From assembly GCA_032718475.1 (NCBI GenBank), contig JAUCBJ010008604.1:1-64000 (forward strand): a stretch of 64,000 nucleotides of DNA. The letters are read 5' to 3'. The translations under genes and the position numbers were made by a program. Positions 9,656 to 20,212 of the stretch are shown here, in pieces. The first letter of the stretch is position 1; each line of letters starts with the position of its first letter. Under the pieces are notes generated by a model. That model was not told where the DNA came from. It did no database searches and was given only the letters and a program-made list of their open reading frames with translations. This DNA comes from Nemertoderma westbladi (Eukaryota; Animalia; Xenacoelomorpha).

Positions 9656-10192
9656 TGTTAGCTTATTCAATCCCGCCAACACCCCATAAAGTTATTAGCC
9701 GATAAGCAATATTGGGAGCCGCGAGATTGGGTAATTAACCAACTCGCGCCATCCCAATAAGAATGGGAAGGAAGCACACAATAGAGGGTCAGGGGCCAAA
9801 CCCCTAACCCAAGGAGAACAGGTGGAGTTAACGGGAATACTCCACGGGGCGCCAACAAGGGTATTAACCAATCAGAGGGGGGAACGGCATCGATTGAGTA
9901 GCAGTAAGGCCACCGTGCAATATAACCAATAACCTATTAATCAGTGATTCAGTTATCTCAAGTGCAGCAGTGCTAGCGTAGGGTACAGCCAATTAGTTTA
10001 GTTAGGGGATCACGGGACTTTAGTTACCGTATCCCGCCTTGTACACATTCACAATATCTATATCTTATAACTTCCTATTATACACCGAACTTCAGAACTC
10101 AGTCACTTTATTTCATCCTTATACACGGCGGGGACGCGTGGACTAAATTACCACAACCGGATAAATCGGGATCCCTCTTGGATCCCGTCACA
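9656..10192 (+). repeat. 3' LTR (about 537 bp)
   Basis: Starts TGT right after the PPT and ends ACA; several CCAAT motifs and a TATA-like AATATAA near 9919. The 5' LTR is outside the window, so the right end is inferred. Confidence 0.7.
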
Positions 10193-10213
10193 CTGCTCGC
10201 CACCTGAAACCGG

Positions 10214-10540
10214 TTAATCCACTGAGGTCGATTCCTTCGGCTTCAAATTCTGTCCAAGAATTTTAGTTGTTGGTACGAATTTTCCAACACCGCACCACAT
10301 TTTCCAGTATAAACCCCGTACTTTTCGAACATGATCAAGCTGGTCAGGGAAGGTTGACAGGTCCTTAATTGTCCCAAATATGTTAACCCCGTATGTCAGA
10401 GTGGGTAATAATATACTCTTCCACAGGCGCTTGGCTGTTTCTTTGGAGACAATATTGAGTTTTATTTTGAGATTTAGACGGATTATACACAAAACAGTAC
10501 ACAATATACTGTACAATACACCTTCAATGTTGATCCACAT
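10214..10540 (-). pseudogene. Non-LTR retrotransposon (LINE) RT C-terminal remnant
   Basis: Translation ...KETAKRLWKSILLPTLTYGVNIF... resembles the post-RT LxKxxxxPxLxYG motif; bounded by the LTR on one side and a MITE on the other. Confidence 0.6.
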
Positions 10541-10541
10541 A

Positions 10542-10907
10542 GGCCCCCCTCACACGGAGAAACTTGTTGCTCAAGAAAATAACAATTATTTCAAAACAAA
10601 TAGCTAACATGTCCAGTCATATATATATATAATATAAAATCACTGAATTTATCGAATATTAGCTATAGTATAAAAATTGGATGTAAAAAAGTTTTTAAAA
10701 ACCTTTTTAACATCCAATTTTTATACTATAGCTAATATTCGATAAATTCAGAGATTTGATATTATATATATATATGACTGGACATGTTAGCTATTTGTTT
10801 TGAAATAATTGTTATTTTCTTGAGCAACAAGTTTCTGTGTGTGAGGGGGTCCAGCAACAAGTTGCTGAAACAAGTTGCAGAAACAAGTTGCTCCGTGTGA
10901 GGGGGCC
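10542..10907. mobile_element. Palindromic MITE
   Basis: Termini GGCCCCC(C)TCACACGGAG ... CTCCGTGTGAGGGGGCC flanked by TA; 10542-10850 is a near-perfect fold-back centred near 10697. Confidence 0.8.
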
Positions 10908-11834
10908 TAAGAAACATATCATATGTTGTATTTTATTATTTTTGTTTTTTCTTTTAAGAACATATTTTCATTCAATACTTTCACCCCACTAACATACAGT
11001 AGGCCTACGTTTTACAAATTCCATATCATTTTACCAACGTGGCACAATTATTGACCAACTCTTCTCAAGAGTCTCCAATAGTTGCGGTTTGAATGCATTG
11101 AGTTCTTGGTAATTATTGGTGGGCTTTGTCTGGAGTGGCCAAGGGTCACCAAGACTTTGTGGGTCTTGGAGGTTATTGAGAAATATTGGCTTGGCTTGTC
11201 TTGGTGTGATTTGAGACTTTTGTTAATTCTTGTTAGCAATTGCTGAATTGAGGATTCTTGTCAGATCTTGGCAAGAATGTTTAAGCGGGGCTTCGTTCAT
11301 GTGGCACACAGAACTCAAAGTATAACACTGCCTAACATTATTTTATGCTTATAATATTATGATGCCAGATAGTGGCGCACATTGACTGCATGCAAGTGAA
11401 AATATTGATCTTCATCGCAAATTGACCGCAAGTGAAATAAAATCTTGTTCATTATTTTTGTTAGAAAACAATTCCACTGTAACCTGCTACTTTCCCTTAA
11501 CGGGGGGGGGGGGGGGGGGGGTACACCATTTTGGTCCAAAATATGTCGAAATTTTTTATGGTCTATTATAATGCACCGTTGAATGGTGTTTCCAAATCTG
11601 AAAACCGCTATTTAATAGCTCTTTTAGTTTTCAAGTTATGTAAATTTCCATTTAGGGAATCCTATTGAAATTACTATTACTATGTACAATGAAAGGTCGA
11701 CTATCTCCAAATATTTTTTTCATGAAATTGTCATCTTCAAAACCCTACTACTTCTACAATTTTTGAGTAATTAGTCTGAAACTTCCTGTGGGTGTCTAGA
11801 TAGCCACCCTGACTTGATAACTGATTTGTCTGTC

Positions 11835-12095
11835 AGTCGGCACAACGTAACGACGACACTGTCGGCACAAAGTAATGCCAACACTGTCGGCACAACGTAA
11901 CGCCGACACTGTCGGCACAAAGTAACACCATGAACACTGTCGGCACAATTTATCGCCGACCCTGTCGGAATAACGTAACGCCGACACTGTCGGCACAATG
12001 TAACGACGACACTGTCGGCATAACGTAACGCCGACACTCAACACATTATCTGCACACTGTCGGCACAACGTTATGCCGACACTGTCGGCACAGCG
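11835..12095. repeat. Minisatellite of about 25-27 bp with internal palindrome (GTCGGCACAACGTAACGCCGACACT)
   Basis: About 9-10 degenerate tandem copies. Confidence 0.85.
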
Positions 12096-12504
12096 TTTAA
12101 ACCCGATAATTGCAACGCTTATTTTTTAATCGTTTCAAAAGTGTAAGAAGTATGGACATAGCCATGGGATAATTATTAACAAGCTTACAGTAGGGGGGAT
12201 ACAGTATTCCAGTTCCAGTTTCTTGTTGAGAAGTATGGTCATTCCTTTGAAACTATATGATGAACACTGACACTACGAAGATGAGAAAACTTTCCTAAAG
12301 TGCCAATTATACACCAACCATATGGAGTATGAATACCAGAAGGTTCTGAATTGGGATGTTCTGCTCAGGCCACCCGGCCATTGCTATCACTTTTGTTAGT
12401 TTTGTTTGTAACGAAGTAAAGCCTGTGGGTAATTTGTAATTTGGTATCTAACACACAGGAATTTCTAGAACATATTCCCACAAGCCAACCTAGCTACATA
12501 TTAC

Positions 12505-14643
12505 TGTGGCAGAATTCCGCCATATTCATTTAAAAAAAAATAAAAAGCAGGGAATTTTTGACGTTCAAAAACTAATTTATGGACGTCAAAAAACTAATTT
12601 ATGGACGTCCAAAAACTAATTTATGGACGTCCAAAAACCAATTTATGGACGTCCAAAAACTAATTTATGGACGTCCAAAAACTAATTTATTAGAAGTTGT
12701 TTTAAAGTTGCTTTAAAGAAATTGTTAAGTTCTGCTATTAATGCGCCATACTTATTGTATGATGACCCGGTTCATATTCTGAAGAACATTAGAAACAACC
12801 TTGCATAATGGATGATGGTTCAAGATTATTAAACCATTCTAATACACTCTCAGTGGGACAGTAGGCCTATATACAGTTCCTCCAGGTGTCATGAAATAGA
12901 AACGTTTATACCAGACTGAGGAACGGGATAGTTGTACTTCCTCGCATCTACGGCTGGCTCCCAAGTTGACTTACTCTGCGACACATTTCGGTAATAATAA
13001 ACAGAATGTTTCTTTGGCTTTACCTGTTTTTCGTCCAACAACTATAGGCCTAGCTGCTTATGAATTCTACTATCCTGAGGATAAATGTGCGGCTTTTGTT
13101 GTTAACGCTAACGAGAGGTTTCATCCCAACCCTGTAAGCTGATATATTTCTCTACATAGGGGGTCATACGTTGAGTCCGCGCCCAGAGAGACTCTTTAAA
13201 CTTATATATTTCTCTACATATAGGCTCATACGTTGAGTCCGCGCCCAGAGAGACTCTGTAAAATGAGATATTTCTCTACAGGGGGTCATACGTTGAGTCC
13301 GCGCACAGAGAGACTCTTTAAACTTATATATTTCTTTACATAGGGGGTCATACGTTGAGTCCGCGCCCAGAGAGACTCTGTAAACTGATATATTTCTCTA
13401 CAGGGGTCATACGTTCAGTCCGCGCCCAGAGAGACTCTTTAAACTTATATATTTCTCTACATAAGGGGTCATACAGTACGTTGAGTCCGCGCCCAGAGAG
13501 ACTCGTTAAACTGAGATATTTCTTTACAGGGGAGTCACCCATTTAATTTTCTGATTTACGTTTAATTTTCAGGAATATTAAATCTATTTAAATAATAAAG
13601 AGCCCGTACATGGGCCATTGATGTGTTTTTTTTACACAGGAGGTGGGGACTGGTAAATATTTGGTCGGTAGTCGGAACATATATAAATAATAAAGTATTA
13701 ATATAAATAACTTGATAATAATATAAAGTATCTAATAGTAATATAAAGTAATAAAATCAGTAACGCATGGGTTGAGGGACCGTTTACGTACGTACAGTTT
13801 AATATATATATTTTTCATTTCTAGATACTAGATATTATTTCTGAAGCCATTTTTAAAATTTGATGGCACAGTGTCTGTCTGTTCGTCTGTCGGTCTGTCC
13901 TTCGAAATTTAACCGACCGCCAGATCGACAGACACACAGTTGGAACCCATCAAATGTAAGAAAACAGAAAATAAGAAATGAAATCCCTGCCCAGGAAAAC
14001 CCCCATACCAGTCGCTATTGCAGACGTGACATCAAGGTAAATGTAATGCAATGTACTTTTAGCTACATGGTGTGTGTGTTTTACATTTTATTTGGACATA
14101 CGGACAGTCAGAGAGACCGACAGGCAGTCTTACAGAAATTTAAGAAAATGAATTTAAATTCAATATTATATAGTCCAACCAAAATGTACAGTATATTGCA
14201 CTTTATTCAAACTTATATTTCATTTTTTGATGAGTATGCCATTTCAATATGTTGACTTCAAACACAGTAGCCCCCATCACCTTATTAGTATTTTACAGTT
14301 TGTTTACGCAGTCTGAGCACTGCTGCTTGATTTTTCCATGAAAAAATCGTTGATTGATGTAATCATTGATAAAAAAAAACGCATGGAGTGTGTAACTGAC
14401 AAAATAACAACCAGTTTACAAGTAAATACAAAGTCGGCCCACTAAATTTAGTGGACTGCTAAATTAGTTTTTGGATGTCCATAAATTAGTTTTTGGACGT
14501 CCATAAATTAATTTTTGGACGTCCATAAATTAATTTTTGGACGTCCATAAATTAATTTTTGGACGTCCATAAATTAATTTTTGGACGTCAAAAATTCCTG
14601 CTTTTTATATTTTTTTAAATAAATATGGCGGAATTCTGCCATG
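12505..14643 (+). mobile_element. Degenerate P-element-superfamily DNA transposon with long TIRs containing 21-bp subterminal repeats
   Basis: TIRs 12505-12690 and 14460-14643 (TGGCAGAATTCCGCCATATT..., repeated AAAAACTAATTTATGGACGTCC). Internal broken frames read LLYDDPVHILKNIRNNL, LRLAPKLTYSA and KQNVSLALPVF (about 12752-13032), the P/THAP9 transposase motifs DxxHxxKxxRNN, APKLT and KxxVxLAxxVF. No TSD found. Confidence 0.75.
13135..13540. repeat. Tandem repeat of about 62 bp (about 6-7 copies) inside the P-like element
   Basis: Unit ATATTTCTCTACATAGGGGGTCATACGTTGAGTCCGCGCCCAGAGAGACTCTTTAAACTT with variants. Confidence 0.9.
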
Positions 14644-14784
14644 CTGTAACATATGCCATGATACTGTAATAAACACAAAACCCCAACACAAAAACTTTAT
14701 TGTTTTATGTTTATTGTTTTGGTGAGAATAATAACGTGTCACTGTCACTGTTAGTTAGCTCACGCTCTAACATGCGACGAGGCA

Positions 14785-14945
14785 CCGTGTCTGCACCAGT
14801 GTCTGCATACCAGGTGCCTGCACCACCAGAGAGGTGTCTGCACCAGATGTCTACACCAGTGTCTCTACCAGTACCAGGTGTGTGCTCCAAGTGTCTGCAC
14901 CAGGTGTCTGCACCAGTGTCTGCATCAGGTGTCTGTATCAGGTGT
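14785..14945. repeat. Degenerate 12-13 bp repeat (GTGTCTGCACCA)
   Basis: About 10 imperfect copies. Confidence 0.7.
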
Positions 14946-17099
14946 CGCTTAACGTTTACACCTCTCTCTCTCTCTGTCACAGTAAATAATTGTATTACAG
15001 TATTTCAGACCTCAATAGACTGATAGAATGTACAGTACAGTACAGCATACAGGCCGAGGCCAATGCAATGAAATTGGTCTTAGGTTGTTGCTCCAATGTT
15101 GACAATTCACGCCACTCGTCTCTGCTAACATTGTGCAGTAAGGCCTATCTGTCTGTCTAGCGCTGTAGACCATGAGTGCCTGAGAGCTGTTGCAGTGTTG
15201 CGTGTTCCTGTGTTCGGGTGTTCCGTTGTTGTCCAGTTGCTTATGCTGTACAGCTGTTGCGTATTTTCCACGGACTGACGGACGGACGGCAGACGGGAGC
15301 ACTGTCAAGTACAGAAGTAGGCCTATCAAGTCGTCAAGTAGGTAGCCTAGGCAGCTAGGTACCGGTACTTCCAACCTCCTGTAACATCCACCTGTACACA
15401 TACCAGACCTACTGCTGTACTAACCTTCCACAGTCATACATTACCGGTACTGTACTGCGTGACTGCTGTGTAGGTAGGCTGGTAGGACTGTATAATTGTT
15501 ATTGTCATTATGTCATATTACAGTAGGCCTATTATATGTTATATAACGCTGCCTGGTCAGGGCTGGGCTGTCAAAAACGTTAGGTTTTTCAAAACAAAAA
15601 TTAGGTTATTGCAGGGTTTTTGGAAGGTTTTTGCAGGTTTTTGAATGTTATTGCTAGGTTTTTGTACGGTAGTATCTGTATTTATCATTTATGTAGGTTT
15701 CTGTATTTGTATAGGCCCTATCTGCTATCTGCTGATCGGTCAGCCTAAACACCCAACTACACCCAACTTTCACCCAACTACACCCAACTACACCCAACTA
15801 CACCCAACTTTCACCCAACTACACCCAACTTTCAGCCAACTACACCCACACAGTTCCACCCCACTACACCCAACTTCCACTTCCACTCTGCATCCAACTT
15901 ACACAAAACTATACCTACTGTATGGCACCAAACTTCCACAAATTACAATATGTACAGTAACAAACTCTTCGAGGAATTGCTGAGATATGAGCTTTTAAAT
16001 GTTTCATGTACTGTATGTTGCCCCCACTGCTGAGCAATTATGAAAATAACAAACTAACGTTTTATATTTATTGCAGGTTGGTTCTAGAATAATTGATGAA
16101 TTTAGCAATAAATATACAAAGGAGAGACGCAGAGACTATTGACGAACGATCCAAGCTACAGTATAAAACTAAACTGGCGCTATGGGATTGTGGTGAAAAT
16201 GAAAACGGTATTGATACACAGGAGGGTCACCGTCACAGCCTTAACGACGAAATCGCATTGGAAACTTCTGTTATGGGAATAGCAATGCAGATAATTCGTA
16301 CAAAGTTAATGGACATAAGTTCTATATTATACAGTATGTTTAATGCAATTATAATAATGTAATTATCCTTTATGTATCATAGAATACAAGAAAAAGAACT
16401 GTAACATTATTTTCAGCAGTTTTATTTTAATCTTGGGCCCATGTAAACACTTTCTGCCGTTATATATTTAACTTTGCAGTTGCCCCTGAATCTAACCAAA
16501 ACAATAAACGAAATTTAGCCGTATCAAAACGAAACGTATCAAAAAGATAAATTAAAAAAAATAAAAAATCTTCATACATAAAATTCCAATAAAATGTCGA
16601 CCGAAAAGTGAAATCCTGGTATTATTCACATGGGCGAACTTTATGGCCTTTATATTAATTAATTTTTAACGAAACAACAGCAATAATTTTAGAACATTTT
16701 ACATTTTTGATAAACTAAAAGGGGATCTGGTAAGATCTGTACAGGTCAAGGGAATTTCTGCAAGGAACTTATTATGATCTTCACATACAGGCGATGCCAG
16801 AATGGACAAGATCTCTACAGTATGAGAATCGATAAGATCGTTATACATTACAGATCTTACAGTAGTAGAAATAATAATTCATCACACTAGGGTAGAGAAT
16901 TGCAGACGTTGATCAACGTAATCATATAGACGCGGCTTGTCGTCTCTAGTACATACTTTACAGTATATGTACAGTAGGATATGACAATATTCAGCTTATT
17001 TTATTACAAACAACGAAATGGGAGAAGTGTATTTAATCTTTCAGACATTCCACCCATTCGAAAATCCTCATGTGATCAACATTGAGGTTTCCAAACTAA

Positions 17100-17587
17100 T
17101 GTGTGCATTGTACTTGACACAATGAACCCGGCGTAGCATTCTTGTGAATGTGCCATCCAGAGATTTGGTGTCCTCAGCAGTTAGAGCCCAGCATGGACTC
17201 CCGTAGAGGAGTACTGGAACTACTGCTGCTCTAAATAATCGGACCTTGAGTTTCCGATTAATTCTCGGTGACTTCCAAATCCTGGAAAGCCTATTCAAGG
17301 CTGCCCATGCCTTTCCCTTACGTATTCGAAGGTCCTCACCTGACTTCCGGATCCATGATCCCAGGTAACAGAAGTTGTCCACATGCTCAAGCATACCATC
17401 CTTTGAGCTTATGCTCATCCGATCAGAGACTTGCTGAGGACTTTCAAAGTTAACTGTCAAAATTGTGGTCTTTCTGGAGGTAATAAAAAGTCCAACACTA
17501 GAAGCAGAATGTTCTAATGAGCTGAGGAGCCGTTGGGCTCCCTCTAATGATTCTGAGAGTACTCCTAAGTCATCAGCAAAGTCTATC
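17100..17587 (-). pseudogene. RTE-like LINE reverse transcriptase fragment nested in the foldback element
   Basis: FADDLGVLSES...VDNFCYLGSWI...KVRLFRAAVVPVLLYGSPCWALT...LDGTFTRMLRRV. Confidence 0.85.
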
Positions 17588-17879
17588 TGATCAACATTGA
17601 GGTTTCCAAGCTAAATTCTCACATGTGAATGAATAATATGTCACACACTTTAGGTATGTTGCTACATAGTCGGATCCCAAGTGGGGTTTCTCATCGGGCT
17701 TTAATGTGGATCAGTTGGCGAAAATCTTCAAAAGTTACTTACGAATGAATTTTTCGTTACAGACAGACAAGCGGACAGAACGACCGACTGGAGATGAAAT
17801 TTTGCCCTATTTTTACTAATTGCAATTGTGCGCTAAGGCTTGCCCTGACTGCGTGACTCGTCCCACAGAACACCAAACT

Positions 17880-18110
17880 CTCCAACCAACTACACTCAAC
17901 TTTGACTCACTTTCACCCAACTACACTCCACTTCCACCCAACTCTCACCCAACTACACCCAACTTTCACCCCAACTACCCCCAACAACACCCAACTTTCA
18001 CCCAACTACACCCAATTCTCCACCCAACTACACCCAACTATCACCCAACTACAGTACACTCAACATTGTCTCACTTCCACCCAACTACACTTACCTTTCA
18101 CCACTTTCTC
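17880..18110 (+). repeat. Internal degenerate CACCCAACT array (same unit as the foldback TIR ends)
   Basis: Tandem 10-11 bp units. Confidence 0.8.
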
Positions 18111-20212
18111 GCAGGTCAGGATTTTTGAAAATAAAAAATTATAAAGCAAATTATAAAATTGTCAAAAACCATACAAATCCTAATCTATGTCGCTTTTTTG
18201 GATGTGAAGATGAGTAGGACATACATACAGTACAATATATCTAATGTTTAGTTCTGAGGCATAACAGCGAGAACATGCGAGCCACGTAGTAAAGGCGAGC
18301 CTTAACGCACTATGATAATTAGTAAATACTGGAAAATTTATTTCGAGTTATTATCATATTCGAGTTAGTGAAATATTGAAACGAGGGACCGAAGTGAGAT
18401 AAAAGTACATTATACACTATAAAATGTTGTTTTATTGTTAAATTTCTTGATTACTTAACGCTCGTCTATGGACGAGCCGCAAATAATCCATCTATCTACT
18501 ATATTTACGGCTTGTCCAAGGACAAGCGTTAAGTAATTCAGAAATTTAACAATAAAATATTATAATTATCCTTTGTATCATATTACAAGAAAGATTGTAA
18601 CATAGTCTTTATTTTCAACAGTTTTATTCTAAACTTCGTGGCCTTTATATTAATTTGATCTTATCTTTCGTTTATTATTTTGGTTCCATGAGAAATTTAT
18701 TATTCGCCTATATTATACAGAAAGTACTTTATTTGCTAACCATTAAGATTGGATCAGGGAGCCAAATGGAGTGTAAACTTGAGACATGTAAAATGTAATG
18801 AGAAATGTAAAAAGTTCTAAAATTATTTCTGTTGTTTCGTTAAAAATTAATTAATACAGTATAAAGGCCATAAAGTTTAAGATAAAGAAGCTGAAAATAA
18901 TGTTACAGTTTATTTTCTTGTATTCTATGATACATAAAGGATAATTACATTATTATAATTGCATTAAACATACTGTATAATATAGAACTTATGTCCATTA
19001 ACTTGGTACGAATTATCTGCATAGCTATTCGCACAGCAGAAGTTTCCAATAATGCGATTTCGTCGTTAAGGCTGTGACGGTGACCCTCCGCTCCTGTGTA
19101 TCAATACCGTTTTCATTTTCACCGCAATCCCACAGCGCCAGTTTAGTTTGTACTGTAGCTTAGTTTGGAGTTTTGATGCGTGGTATGTGTAGACATCTAT
19201 AGGTATCTGGATCGTTCGTCAATAGTCTCTGTGTCTCTCCTTTGTATATTTATTGCTAAATTCATCAATTATTCTAGAATCAACCTGCAATAAAAATAAA
19301 ATGTTAGTTAGTTATTTTCATAATTGCAGGGCAGTGATGGCAAAATACAGCACGAGTACATGCAACTTTTAAAAGTTCATATCTCAGCAATTCCTCAAAG
19401 AAGTTCAGAGTTTGTTACTGTACATATTGTAATTTGTGGAAGATAGGTGCCATACAGTATAGTTTGGTGTAAGTTGGATGCTGTTGTGTTGAAGTTGGGT
19501 GTAGTTGGTGAAAGTTGGGTGTAGTTGGGTTGGGTGAAAGTTGGGTGTAGTTGGGTGAAAGTTGGGTGTAGTTGGGTGTAGTTGGGTGTAGTTGGGTGTA
19601 GTTGGGTGTAGTTGGGTGTAGTTGGGTGAAAGTTGGGTGTAGTTGGGTGATTAGGCTGACCCTCTGCTGATCTGCCTATTGATGGATTAGATTGACCTGA
19701 CTGCCAAAGCTTGATTGGCAGATTGCATTTCTCAATATTATATTTTACAGTTTTATGCAGCATTGGTAGATCAGCTGATCAGTAGATACCGGTCTGCCGG
19801 TAAGCCTGCTACAACAGCACAATATATTAAAATAATCGATTTGATTTTTGTTTTAAATATTACTGTATTAGTCAGTCCAGCAGGCAGGCAGCAAGAGTCC
19901 AGCCAGCCAGCTGCCAGCAGTGAAGTTTTATTGTTGGCTTACTGGCTGACTGCTGGACTGGCTTAAAGTTAAGTCCAGAAACTCAAGTCTTTAGTCAGTG
20001 GGTTTCATGCATGGAACCCAAAAAACAAGCAATTTGGCTCTTTTTGTGATCAAAAACCTAAAATCCTAGTTTTAGGCTTTTTTCAAATTTTAGGTTTTTG
20101 ACAAAAATCGACAAAAACCTAGGTTTGGCAGTTTAGGCCCTACAAAACTACTTTGCCAGCCCTGTGCCTGGTGCCTGACTGTAACAGTAGCCTAGCGCTA
20201 GCCTCCTGCGAT

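Larger units (their letters stand above)
1..10192 (+). mobile_element. BEL/Pao LTR retrotransposon (5' part outside window) with an accessory second ORF
   Basis: Gag-PR-RT-RH-IN ORF, uniformly A/G-rich plus strand through ORF1, ORF2 and UTRs, polypurine tract at 9647-9655 directly followed by TGTTA..., candidate LTR end ...TCACA at 10192, after which unrelated LINE-derived sequence starts. Confidence 0.9.
15738..19662. mobile_element. Non-autonomous Mutator/foldback-like element with TIRs of about 0.9 kb
   Basis: Arms about 15738-16710 and 18800-19662 are reverse complements, start GGTCAGCCTAA and carry (CACCCAACTA/CACCCAACTTT)n arrays. Flanking direct repeat TCTGCTGATC at 15728-15737 and 19663-19672. 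Confidence 0.88.

Noticed and set aside
18430-18558. Imperfect hairpin as an ncRNA or miRNA
   Set aside because: Lies within transposon debris; more likely a MITE remnant, with no family features.
15645-19763. HPTTPNYTQL-repeat ORFs
   Set aside because: Translations of the CACCCAACT repeat in the transposon arms.
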